Positions 1-8,608 of a stretch of 64,000 nt of DNA are shown piece by piece. Source of the DNA: Candidatus Thorarchaeota archaeon. Lineage in GTDB: Archaea > Asgardarchaeota > Thorarchaeia > Thorarchaeales > Thorarchaeaceae. Position 1 is the stretch's first letter. Each line of letters opens with the position of its first letter. The translations under genes were made by a program, and so were the position numbers. The notes under the pieces are model-generated. The model did no database searches and had not been told where the DNA came from. It was given only the letters and a program-made list of their open reading frames with translations. Location of the stretch: the NCBI GenBank assembly GCA_021498125.1, contig JAIZWL010000001.1, positions 1,104,099-1,168,098 of the forward strand. The letters run 5' to 3'.

Positions 1-819
1 TTTGGGCAGATCATGCTCCATGGTAGACCTGTCGTCCTTCTCGATCCCTATTCCCAGCTCGCGCTATTTGGGTCCTCTCGGATCTTTCTCAACGACCATC
101 TTCCTGAATGTAATAATTCTATTCTCTTGGATAATCTAATCACTTTCTTGCTGGATAATACGCTCACTTGCACGACAAGGTTGGCTGAGAATACTACGCA
201 CTATCCTGTAGGCAGAAGTGTCTTTCTCAATCTGGAAGTCCATGACGTGACTGGTGGTCCAGTTGATGACCTGACTGTATTCATCATCTTTGAGCTACCA
301 AATGGCAGCCAGGCCTTCTTTATTGCAGGATTCGTTGAGGATGGTCTTTACACGTCCCAGTTTGCCCCCAGTTACTGGAAAGACGAGGGGCGAATTAATG
401 GAATCTTCTTTATCCTCAAGACCGAGAAGTATGCAGGGACCTTTGCAAGCATCAGTTTCTGGTTCTATAAGCCTCCTAGTAGTAACGCAACTACAGCGGG
501 TGGGAGTCTACTCACTCTGCCTCAGGTGGCATATCTGACGGCTTTTGGAGTATTCGGTTCGACATTTGTTGCTCTTATCTGGAATCGTTTCCGGAGAAAA
601 CGGCGGCTTAAGATTCCCGAGCTGGACCAGACCTTGGTTGATGACATTGACAACACGCTCAATATGTTGCTTGCGGCCTTTATACAGATCGAGGGGCTCA
701 TTCGTGAAGAGGACATCGACCGTATACAGAAGGTCGAGACCATCAGGGGTATGCTTGATGTTCTCGAACGGGCATTAGACGAATTTGACAAGATTAGCGG
801 GAGGGTTGGTGGTGTCTGA
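1..819 (+). CDS. 5'-truncated membrane-anchored extracytoplasmic protein, possibly an ABC-transporter auxiliary (GldG-like) component
   Basis: The reading frame is open to the window edge (no stop in nt 1-12). A C-terminal TM helix (LTLPQVAYLTAFGVFGSTFVALIW) is followed by RFRRKRR and an acidic helical tail. The stop (817-819) lies in the start region of the downstream ABC ATPase. The GldG-like assignment rests only on a remembered resemblance of the 'NSILLDNLITFLLDN' region. Confidence 0.45.
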   Translation, partial: FGQIMLHGRPVVLLDPYSQLALFGSSRIFLNDHLPECNNSILLDNLITFLLDNTLTCTTRLAENTTHYPVGRSVFLNLEVHDVTGGPVDDLTVFIIFELPNGSQAFFIAGFVEDGLYTSQFAPSYWKDEGRINGIFFILKTEKYAGTFASISFWFYKPPSSNATTAGGSLLTLPQVAYLTAFGVFGSTFVALIWNRFRRKRRLKIPELDQTLVDDIDNTLNMLLAAFIQIEGLIREEDIDRIQKVETIRGMLDVLERALDEFDKISGRVGGV

Positions 820-1804
820 GATTGGTGCACATCCGAGCAGAGAGATCGATATCCGTGACCTGAAGGTCCGCTTTGGAAAGTTCTGGGCACTCAAGGGAGT
901 CTCGTTCTATGCCAATAAACGAGAATTTCTTGGTATCATTGGAGCCTCTGGTGCAGGTAAGACGACAGCTCTGCGAGTTCTCACCGGGCAGATCCGGCCC
1001 ACCTCCGGTCAGGCGTTTGTCGGCGGCCACGATGTCACCAAGAACCGCAAGCTCATCAGTCTACTTGTTGGATACGTGCCGCAGATCGAGCATCTGAGCC
1101 TCTATTATGATTTCAGTGCATTACAGAATGCACAGTTCTTTGGGCGCTGTTTTGGCATGCGCCCGCGGGAGATTGAGGAACGGGCCAGAAACATACTCAC
1201 GATTCTCGGTTTTGATGAGGACCTCATGACAAAACGAGTATCCCGTCTCTCTGGTGGTGAGCGGAAGCGAGTGTCCATCTCTCTTGGTCTCATTCACGAT
1301 CCTGTTCTTCTCTTGCTTGATGAACCCACGACGGGTCTTGATGCGCATCTCCGCCACGAGACCCTCAATTATCTAAAGGAATTGAATTTCGAACTTGGTA
1401 CTACAATGGTCATTATCAGTCACGACCTTGAGATCGTAGACTATTGTTCTCGTGTTGTCCTTCTTGAACATGGACTGGTTTCGCAATTCGGAACCCCCCA
1501 AGACCTCATCTCATCTCTTCCGGGCCATGGTGAGAGCCTGCGTCTGGTGCTTCCGACTTTTAATCCCACTGTGGAAGAGCGTATCCATCAGATTCCTGGG
1601 GTAAAATACGTGGCGACGGCCGGACGAAATACGGTCAAACTTTTCTTGGATAATCCGAAGGAGAAGATGCTTCCGGTAATTCGGCACTTGAATAGTATCA
1701 AAATGCCATTTGAAGAGCTGTCCTTAGTTGAAGCGGACTTTTTTGATTACTTCCAAGTTAAACCTTGGAAAGAAGATTCACAATCTGGAGTGGAATTGAC
1801 ATGA
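812..1804 (+). CDS. ABC-2-type transporter ATP-binding protein
   Basis: Walker A GASGAGKTT, signature LSGGERKRV, Walker B LLLLDEPTTGLD and H-loop ISHD are present. A roughly 100-aa C-terminal extension is typical of DrrA/GldA-type ABC-2 ATPases. The ORF opens at TTG 785. GTG 809/812 lie 4-7 nt after GGGAGGG (799-805), so the start is taken there. Confidence 0.9.
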   Translation: MSEIGAHPSREIDIRDLKVRFGKFWALKGVSFYANKREFLGIIGASGAGKTTALRVLTGQIRPTSGQAFVGGHDVTKNRKLISLLVGYVPQIEHLSLYYDFSALQNAQFFGRCFGMRPREIEERARNILTILGFDEDLMTKRVSRLSGGERKRVSISLGLIHDPVLLLLDEPTTGLDAHLRHETLNYLKELNFELGTTMVIISHDLEIVDYCSRVVLLEHGLVSQFGTPQDLISSLPGHGESLRLVLPTFNPTVEERIHQIPGVKYVATAGRNTVKLFLDNPKEKMLPVIRHLNSIKMPFEELSLVEADFFDYFQVKPWKEDSQSGVELT

Positions 1805-4800
1805 AGCCATACCATATCTTTCTTGCAATCCTGACGATCTCTGTCATCATTATAGTCAACTCTCCCATGGGTGGACCCGCCGCTCTGGGCATCACCCCAA
1901 TTGGTCGGCCATCGGCGCTTGCAGGTCTCTCCCCCTATGAGACCGCATTGGTATGGTCAAATACTACTGGATCTCAGGTCGTTGATCTTGCTACTGGAAA
2001 TTTCGATGGTGACTCTAATACAGAGGTTGCCATAATTTTACAGAATGGTTCACTTGTGTTATTTGATGAACGCGGAAACCGGAATGGAACCCTATCATTG
2101 GGGGCCGCTCCTAATGCATTATCTGTGGTCAACATTGATGGGACCGGATCAATGGAACTGGTCATCGGCACATCAAAGGGACTTCTTGTTGTGGGCGCCG
2201 ACCTCTCGGTTCTGATGAATGTCACACTTCCCAATGAGGTCTGGTCAGTTGCGAGTGGCGATCTGGACGGTACTGGAGATCTGGAGGTCATCGCGGGCTG
2301 TGACGACTCCCTTGTCTACGCCTATGGTCTAAATGGCACACAGGTCTGGAACTATACTTCTAACGCGGCTGTTCGAAGAATTATGGTGGCAGATGCTGAT
2401 GCGGACGGTGTAGATGAGGTCCTTGGCGCATCGCAGTTCAGGCAGCTATTCCTTCTTGATACTAATGGGTCTGCGATCTTCTCTCAGAGCTACACCTTTT
2501 CCATTTCCGCAATTGTTTTTGCTGATCTGGTTGGCGATACCCAGTTAGAGGTAGTCACTGGTGACTCGAATGGGACCGTGGCTGCACGATACAATAACGG
2601 TACTCTATTTGATACAGTATACACCTCGGATGCTGTCACTGCTCTGGTCTCAGGTCAGCTGATGGCCGGAGGCAGTCCTGAGATCATTGTTGGTGCGAGC
2701 GACGGTAGTCTACGGATCTATAACTCTACTCTCGTCCAGCAATGGAATAAGACACTTGGATCTCAGATCGATGTTATTGCACTTGCAGACATTGGAGGGC
2801 TCTCGGATCCTCAGCTTCTTGCTGGTGAGGGCGGCACACTCCATCTCTATAATGCAAGTGGTACTCTTGTGTCCAATACTGATCTTGTTGGTTTTTCAAG
2901 TACCCTGACCACCGGTGACTTGGACTTTAATGGTCTTGATGAGTTTGTAATGGGCACCAATACAGGAGTTGTTCGTGCCTATGGCCGTGACTATGATAAG
3001 GATGGGCTTGCTGACGCACGCGAGACCCTGATTGTGGGTACACTCTGGAATGATGCTGATACTGACAACGACCAACTCAACGATGGTGATGAAGTTCTCA
3101 ACTATAATACAGACCCACTGTCACCCGATTCCGATTCCGATGGTCTGACCGACTTTCAAGAGGTCATCACCTACGGGACCGATCCGAACGATGTCGATAG
3201 TGATAATGATGGGCTCACAGACTATCAGGAGATCTATCTCGGAACTAATCCTAATCGTAGCGATAGTGACAATGATGGTCTGACGGATTACGAGGAGAAT
3301 AACGTAACGCTCACCGATCCTCTGCGTGCGGATTCTGATGATGATGGTACAAATGATGCACAGGACGATAATGATGGTGATGGCCTGACAAACATCCAAG
3401 AGGTTAGGATCACAAAGACGGACCCCAATGATGCAGACAGCGATAGTGATGGCACCTCCGATTATTATGATGATCAGGATGGGGACAACCTTGCGAACTG
3501 GAAGGAGCTCTCCATTGGTACTGACCCACTCGATCCCGATTCTGATGATGATGGTCTCTCGGATGGTGACGAGGTCAAGATATGGAAGACCTCTCCACTC
3601 CAGACTGACACTGATGGTGATCAACTCACTGATTATGAGGAAGTCCATACAGTTCATTCCGACCCGACGGTCTCAGATACCGATGATGATGGTCTCAGTG
3701 ACTATGATGAATATGTCACCTATGGGACCTCTCCTATCAATGCGGACACGGACAACGACTCCCTCTCGGATGGTGCAGAGATCAACACCTACCACACGAA
3801 TGCTACCAATCCCGATACAGATAATGACACGATCTCTGATGGCGCAGAGGTTCATACGTGGAAGACCGATCCCAACTCTAATGATACCGATCTTGACACG
3901 CTTCTCGATGCCGAGGAGATATTCATCTATCACACTAATGCCACCCTTACTGATACTGATGGCGATGGTCTTGATGACGGTGCCGAGATCAAGCAATGGC
4001 ATACCAACGCCACTTCTACAGACACGGACATGGACGGCATCTTTGACAAGGACGAGGTTGACCGCTATCCTGTCTTCAATGCCACCAATGCACATACATT
4101 CAATGCCACTGTAAACGACTATGACTGGGACTATGACTCGGACAATCTCACCAATGGTCAAGAGATCTATCTGACCCTGACCGACCCGACAAAAGCAGAC
4201 ACGAACGGAAATGGGAAGACGGATGATCTTGAAGACTCTGACCTTGACGGTCTCACCAATTATCAAGAATTGTATGTGACACATACTGAGCCTCGGAATC
4301 CCGATACAGATGGGGATAAGGTGAAGGATGGGGACGAGGTGAATATTCTGCACACATCCCCACTTGATACCGATTCGGATGATGACTCGCTCTCAGACTA
4401 TGATGAGGACTTTGATGGTGATACACTCTCCAATGGTGTAGAACTCTATGTCACAAAGACCGACCCCAATGATGCGTACTCTCATGGGACCAGCCAGCCT
4501 CGTGATGACAAGTACGATAATGATGCGGATGGATTACCAAACTGGTTTGAGGTTGACCGTACGAACACAGATCCGCTCTATAACGACACAGATGATGATG
4601 GAGTCCTTGATGGTCTCGAAGATCCGGATAATGATAATATGACCAACATTGAAGAGTTCGAGGCTGGGACCTTGCCTCTTGATCCTGACTCTGATAACGA
4701 TGGTCTATCTGACTGGGAAGAGACCACCCTGACCCATACGAATCCACTTGTTCAAGATACTGATGATGATGGAGTCCGTGATGATCAAGACGATCAGGAT

Positions 4801-7800
4801 AATGATGGACTCACCAATCTCCAAGAAGTACGAACATACCACTCGAACGCCACACTCTGGGATACAGATGGTGACATGATCCGTGATGGTCTAGAGGTGG
4901 ATGTTGGTCTAAATGTGACCAACTCCGACACGGATGGTGATGGGCTCTATGATGGATATAACGACCTGAATCATAATGGTCACTGGGATCAGGGAGAACC
5001 GGGCGAGGATCTGGACACAGATGGTGTTGTCGATTCTGGTGAGACCGACCCATCAAAGGCGGACACAGATGGTGATGGTCTCAAAGATGGGGCTGAGCTC
5101 ACTGCTGGAACTGACGCATTGGACGCGGACACAGATGGTGATGGTCTCAAAGATGGGGAAGAGGTCAATGAATACTCTTGTAACCCCTTACTCAATGATA
5201 CCGATGGTGATGGTCTTGATGATTACACAGAGGTCAAGATAACCGAGACCGACCCTACGACAAACATGACCCATGCTGGTGTGTTAGACTACAATTATGA
5301 CTCCGACGGTGATGGCCTGACCAATGGGCAAGAGATTGATGTATACAAGACATCACCTGGAGATATGGACTCTGATGATGATGGTCTGACCGACTACGAT
5401 GAGGTGAAGGTCTATAGTTCTGATCCCAACAAGAATGATACCGACTCTGATGGTCTGACAGATTATGAAGAGGTGCAGTATGGATCCAATGTCACCACAC
5501 AGGATACTGACGGTGACGGCCTCGACGATTATGTGGAGGTAAAGATTCTAGGTACAAATGCAACTCTCTACAGTACGAATGCCAACGGGACCTGTGACTA
5601 TGATCTTGATAATGACGGTGATGGTCTCTCCAACGGTCTGGAGATCTATGGTTATGGCAGCAACGCCACCGATCCGGACTCGGACCATGATGGGCTTGAT
5701 GACTATACCGAGGTCAAGTTGGTCGGTTCCTCCCCCACTGACAAGGATACGGATAATGATGGACTCAGTGACTATGATGAATATACGATCTACCACACTT
5801 CACCCACACGTTCCGACACAGATGCAGATGGTCTGTCCGACGATTACGAGATCTATACATCTCATACATCACCTAACAAGTGGGACACCGACGGTGATCA
5901 ATTGAGCGATGCGGACGAGGTGAATACCTATCATAGTGATCCCAACTCCCCTGATACAGACAATGATGGGATTCCTGATAAGACCGAGATCGATCTCGGC
6001 ACTGACCTCAACTCGAATGACACTGACGGCGATGGTCTGAGCGATTATGCCGAGTGGAAGACCTATGGGACGGATCCCACGAAGGCCGATGAGGACAATG
6101 ATGGCCTCAATGATAAAGAGGAGATCGAACATGGGACGGATCCCACGAATCCTGATTCGGACTTTGATTCGCTGAATGATGGTGATGAGGTCAATATCTA
6201 TCACACCTCCCCAACGGACGAAGACACAGACCACGATAATATTGCAGATAATGACGAGGTCTGGAACAGTCATACTGATCCCAATTCTGCCGACTCCGAT
6301 GGTGATGGGATCACTGATGACAAAGATGACGAGGATGCAGATGGGATAACCAACTTCCTTGAGATCTATCTCTACGAGACCAATTGTACTCTATTTGATA
6401 CGGATTCCGACTATCTCGGTGATGGCTACGAGATCTTCACAAGTCATACCGATCCTCGTTCGGCTGACACAGATGATGATGGACTTGGGGACTGGGAAGA
6501 GATCTTCCGGTATCACAGTAATCCGAACAATCGTGATTCCGATGGTGATGGTCTCGAAGATGCTGAAGAGGCGCTCACGTATCACACTCTGCTCAACAAT
6601 ACTGACACTGATGGTGACACACTCAGTGATTATGATGAGATCAAGGTCTTTGAGACCGACCCTCTCCAATACGACACGGACGGTGACACGCTCTCCGATG
6701 GTGCAGAGCTCAATGTATACAATACCGACCCATTAGAGAAAGACACCGATTCTGATCTGCTCCAAGATAACCAAGAGATACTGTTAGGGACGAACCCCCG
6801 CTCTTCAGACACTGACAATGATGGCCTCACCGACTATCAGGAGAACAACTTGACGTATACAGATCCCTTGCTCTACAGTACTCAGGGTAACGATGTGTCC
6901 GATGCTGACTGGGATATGGACAACGACACGCTCACCAACCTTCAGGAGATATCGCAGACAAAGACCAATCCTCGGCTTAACGATACAGACGGCGATGGTG
7001 TTATTGATGGTGCGGATGATGAAGATCGTGATCTCCTAACCAACTATCAGGAGTGCGTTCTGACCAAGACCAACCCTCGCAACAAGGACACAGATGGTGA
7101 TGGCACTTCCGACTACAACGATGACGAAGACGATGACGGTCTCAGTAATGGAAATGAGGTCTGGATCTATCACAGTGATCCGTTGGCCAAAGATACTGAC
7201 GCGGACGGTCTAGACGATTACGATGAGGTCACTACCTATAACACAGACATTCTCGATCCGGATACTGACAACGACCTTCTCAGCGATGGTGATGAGGTCA
7301 ACAAGTATGGATCCTCACCCCTGTTGAACGATACTGATGGCGATCTGTTGTCCGATTACGAAGAGGTCATGTTCACAGACACGGATCCTACTACCAATAT
7401 GACTCATGCTGGTGTATTGGACTCGGAATGGGATACGGATAATGATGGCCTCACAAACATTGCCGAGTTGCGTGTCTATGGTACCGATCCGGGAGACCCC
7501 GACTCGGATAATGACGATCTTATCGACGGTGCCGAGATCACCGCAGGTTCTGATCCGTTGCAGCCTGACACGGACGGCGACTCGTTATTGGACGGGGTTG
7601 AGGTCAACATATATCACACGTCACCTCTTCTCAATGATACAGATGGTGATGGTCTCTCTGACTCGGATGAGGTCCTCACGTATGGCACATCTCCTCTCAA
7701 GGTTGATACGGATGGGGACTGGCTCTCCGATGCTGAGGAGATCCTTATCTACCATACCGATCCTCTGAACCCTGATGATGATGGAGATGGTGTGACTGAT

Positions 7801-8535
7801 TATGATGAGGTCATCACTCATGGTACCAATCCTCAACTCCCAGACACCGACTCCGACAGACTGACTGACTACTTTGAGATTATGACCTCCCTGACTGACC
7901 CCTTGAATAATGATACCGATGGTGATGGTCTCTCCGATGGAGTTGAATACCTGACATACCATACAGATCCCCTCAAAGGGGATACTGATGGTGATACGCT
8001 CTCAGATTACTATGAGATCAGACATGGTCTCAATCCGTTGTCGGTCGATACGGATGGGGACTCGATTCCTGATAATGTGGACTTTGATCCGCATATTCAT
8101 GTGGGATACTATCTTGGCGGCGCGATCTTTGGGATTGTTGCACTTGTAGTAGTTGTGAAGACTCTCCGCAAGCGTGTGACCGAAAAGACTTACGTGACTG
8201 AGGCCGAGCCTGCCAGCGAGGGTCTGGCACCAGGGATGGATATTGCTGTAGAATACAAGATTCATGGCGGCAAGGTCATCTTCGGGGTCGTTGTACGTAA
8301 TGGCTCTACCGAGACCATGCAGAATGTCCATGTCGTTCTTGGAATCCCCGATCTCACGGATGCTATCAAGAGCGAGCTGATGGGGACGATCGAACCTGGC
8401 TCGTTGTCCGTCACAGAGGTGGAATTTGAGTTGGAACCCGGTGCTAAAGGTGAACTTGTGGGAATGGTGGAGTATGATACGCTAGAGGGTGAACATAGAG
8501 TGGTAAACCTGCGTCCAGTTGAGATCATAGCGTAG
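1801..8535 (+). CDS. Giant surface protein: signal anchor, 8 FG-GAP/VCBS-like propeller repeats, about 70 thrombospondin type-3 (DxDxDGxxDxxE) Ca-binding repeats, TM helix, cytoplasmic Ig-like tail
   Basis: ATG 1801 overlaps the ATPase stop (ATGA) and is followed at once by a hydrophobic anchor (MKPYHIFLAILTISVIIIVNS). FG-GAP-like units such as 'ASGDLDGTGDLEVIAGCDDSLVYAYG' span about nt 1980-2990. Units of the form 'TDPxxxDSDxDGLxDxxE' run from about 2990 to 8090. A TM helix (YLGGAIFGIVALVVVVKTL) lies at about 8107-8165, followed by a roughly 120-aa beta-rich tail. The ORF track extends to ATG 1765. Confidence 0.9.
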   Translation: MKPYHIFLAILTISVIIIVNSPMGGPAALGITPIGRPSALAGLSPYETALVWSNTTGSQVVDLATGNFDGDSNTEVAIILQNGSLVLFDERGNRNGTLSLGAAPNALSVVNIDGTGSMELVIGTSKGLLVVGADLSVLMNVTLPNEVWSVASGDLDGTGDLEVIAGCDDSLVYAYGLNGTQVWNYTSNAAVRRIMVADADADGVDEVLGASQFRQLFLLDTNGSAIFSQSYTFSISAIVFADLVGDTQLEVVTGDSNGTVAARYNNGTLFDTVYTSDAVTALVSGQLMAGGSPEIIVGASDGSLRIYNSTLVQQWNKTLGSQIDVIALADIGGLSDPQLLAGEGGTLHLYNASGTLVSNTDLVGFSSTLTTGDLDFNGLDEFVMGTNTGVVRAYGRDYDKDGLADARETLIVGTLWNDADTDNDQLNDGDEVLNYNTDPLSPDSDSDGLTDFQEVITYGTDPNDVDSDNDGLTDYQEIYLGTNPNRSDSDNDGLTDYEENNVTLTDPLRADSDDDGTNDAQDDNDGDGLTNIQEVRITKTDPNDADSDSDGTSDYYDDQDGDNLANWKELSIGTDPLDPDSDDDGLSDGDEVKIWKTSPLQTDTDGDQLTDYEEVHTVHSDPTVSDTDDDGLSDYDEYVTYGTSPINADTDNDSLSDGAEINTYHTNATNPDTDNDTISDGAEVHTWKTDPNSNDTDLDTLLDAEEIFIYHTNATLTDTDGDGLDDGAEIKQWHTNATSTDTDMDGIFDKDEVDRYPVFNATNAHTFNATVNDYDWDYDSDNLTNGQEIYLTLTDPTKADTNGNGKTDDLEDSDLDGLTNYQELYVTHTEPRNPDTDGDKVKDGDEVNILHTSPLDTDSDDDSLSDYDEDFDGDTLSNGVELYVTKTDPNDAYSHGTSQPRDDKYDNDADGLPNWFEVDRTNTDPLYNDTDDDGVLDGLEDPDNDNMTNIEEFEAGTLPLDPDSDNDGLSDWEETTLTHTNPLVQDTDDDGVRDDQDDQDNDGLTNLQEVRTYHSNATLWDTDGDMIRDGLEVDVGLNVTNSDTDGDGLYDGYNDLNHNGHWDQGEPGEDLDTDGVVDSGETDPSKADTDGDGLKDGAELTAGTDALDADTDGDGLKDGEEVNEYSCNPLLNDTDGDGLDDYTEVKITETDPTTNMTHAGVLDYNYDSDGDGLTNGQEIDVYKTSPGDMDSDDDGLTDYDEVKVYSSDPNKNDTDSDGLTDYEEVQYGSNVTTQDTDGDGLDDYVEVKILGTNATLYSTNANGTCDYDLDNDGDGLSNGLEIYGYGSNATDPDSDHDGLDDYTEVKLVGSSPTDKDTDNDGLSDYDEYTIYHTSPTRSDTDADGLSDDYEIYTSHTSPNKWDTDGDQLSDADEVNTYHSDPNSPDTDNDGIPDKTEIDLGTDLNSNDTDGDGLSDYAEWKTYGTDPTKADEDNDGLNDKEEIEHGTDPTNPDSDFDSLNDGDEVNIYHTSPTDEDTDHDNIADNDEVWNSHTDPNSADSDGDGITDDKDDEDADGITNFLEIYLYETNCTLFDTDSDYLGDGYEIFTSHTDPRSADTDDDGLGDWEEIFRYHSNPNNRDSDGDGLEDAEEALTYHTLLNNTDTDGDTLSDYDEIKVFETDPLQYDTDGDTLSDGAELNVYNTDPLEKDTDSDLLQDNQEILLGTNPRSSDTDNDGLTDYQENNLTYTDPLLYSTQGNDVSDADWDMDNDTLTNLQEISQTKTNPRLNDTDGDGVIDGADDEDRDLLTNYQECVLTKTNPRNKDTDGDGTSDYNDDEDDDGLSNGNEVWIYHSDPLAKDTDADGLDDYDEVTTYNTDILDPDTDNDLLSDGDEVNKYGSSPLLNDTDGDLLSDYEEVMFTDTDPTTNMTHAGVLDSEWDTDNDGLTNIAELRVYGTDPGDPDSDNDDLIDGAEITAGSDPLQPDTDGDSLLDGVEVNIYHTSPLLNDTDGDGLSDSDEVLTYGTSPLKVDTDGDWLSDAEEILIYHTDPLNPDDDGDGVTDYDEVITHGTNPQLPDTDSDRLTDYFEIMTSLTDPLNNDTDGDGLSDGVEYLTYHTDPLKGDTDGDTLSDYYEIRHGLNPLSVDTDGDSIPDNVDFDPHIHVGYYLGGAIFGIVALVVVVKTLRKRVTEKTYVTEAEPASEGLAPGMDIAVEYKIHGGKVIFGVVVRNGSTETMQNVHVVLGIPDLTDAIKSELMGTIEPGSLSVTEVEFELEPGAKGELVGMVEYDTLEGEHRVVNLRPVEIIA

Positions 8536-8608
8536 TTGCTGCTACCCCGCCAGCATCTTCTACGCTATGCCTTCCATCTCCCTTTGTAAATGTCATGCCT
8601 GATCATGG

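Noticed and set aside
2687-8528. Many alternative-frame and antisense ORFs (up to 228 aa) inside the giant adhesin gene, e.g. 3428-4114(+), 3673-4353(-) and 5869-6273(-)
   Set aside because: They are a by-product of the GAT/GAC/GGT-periodic TSP3 repeat DNA, which depletes stop codons in other frames. Their products are low-complexity (I/M/R/T-rich) and nested entirely in a well-supported gene.
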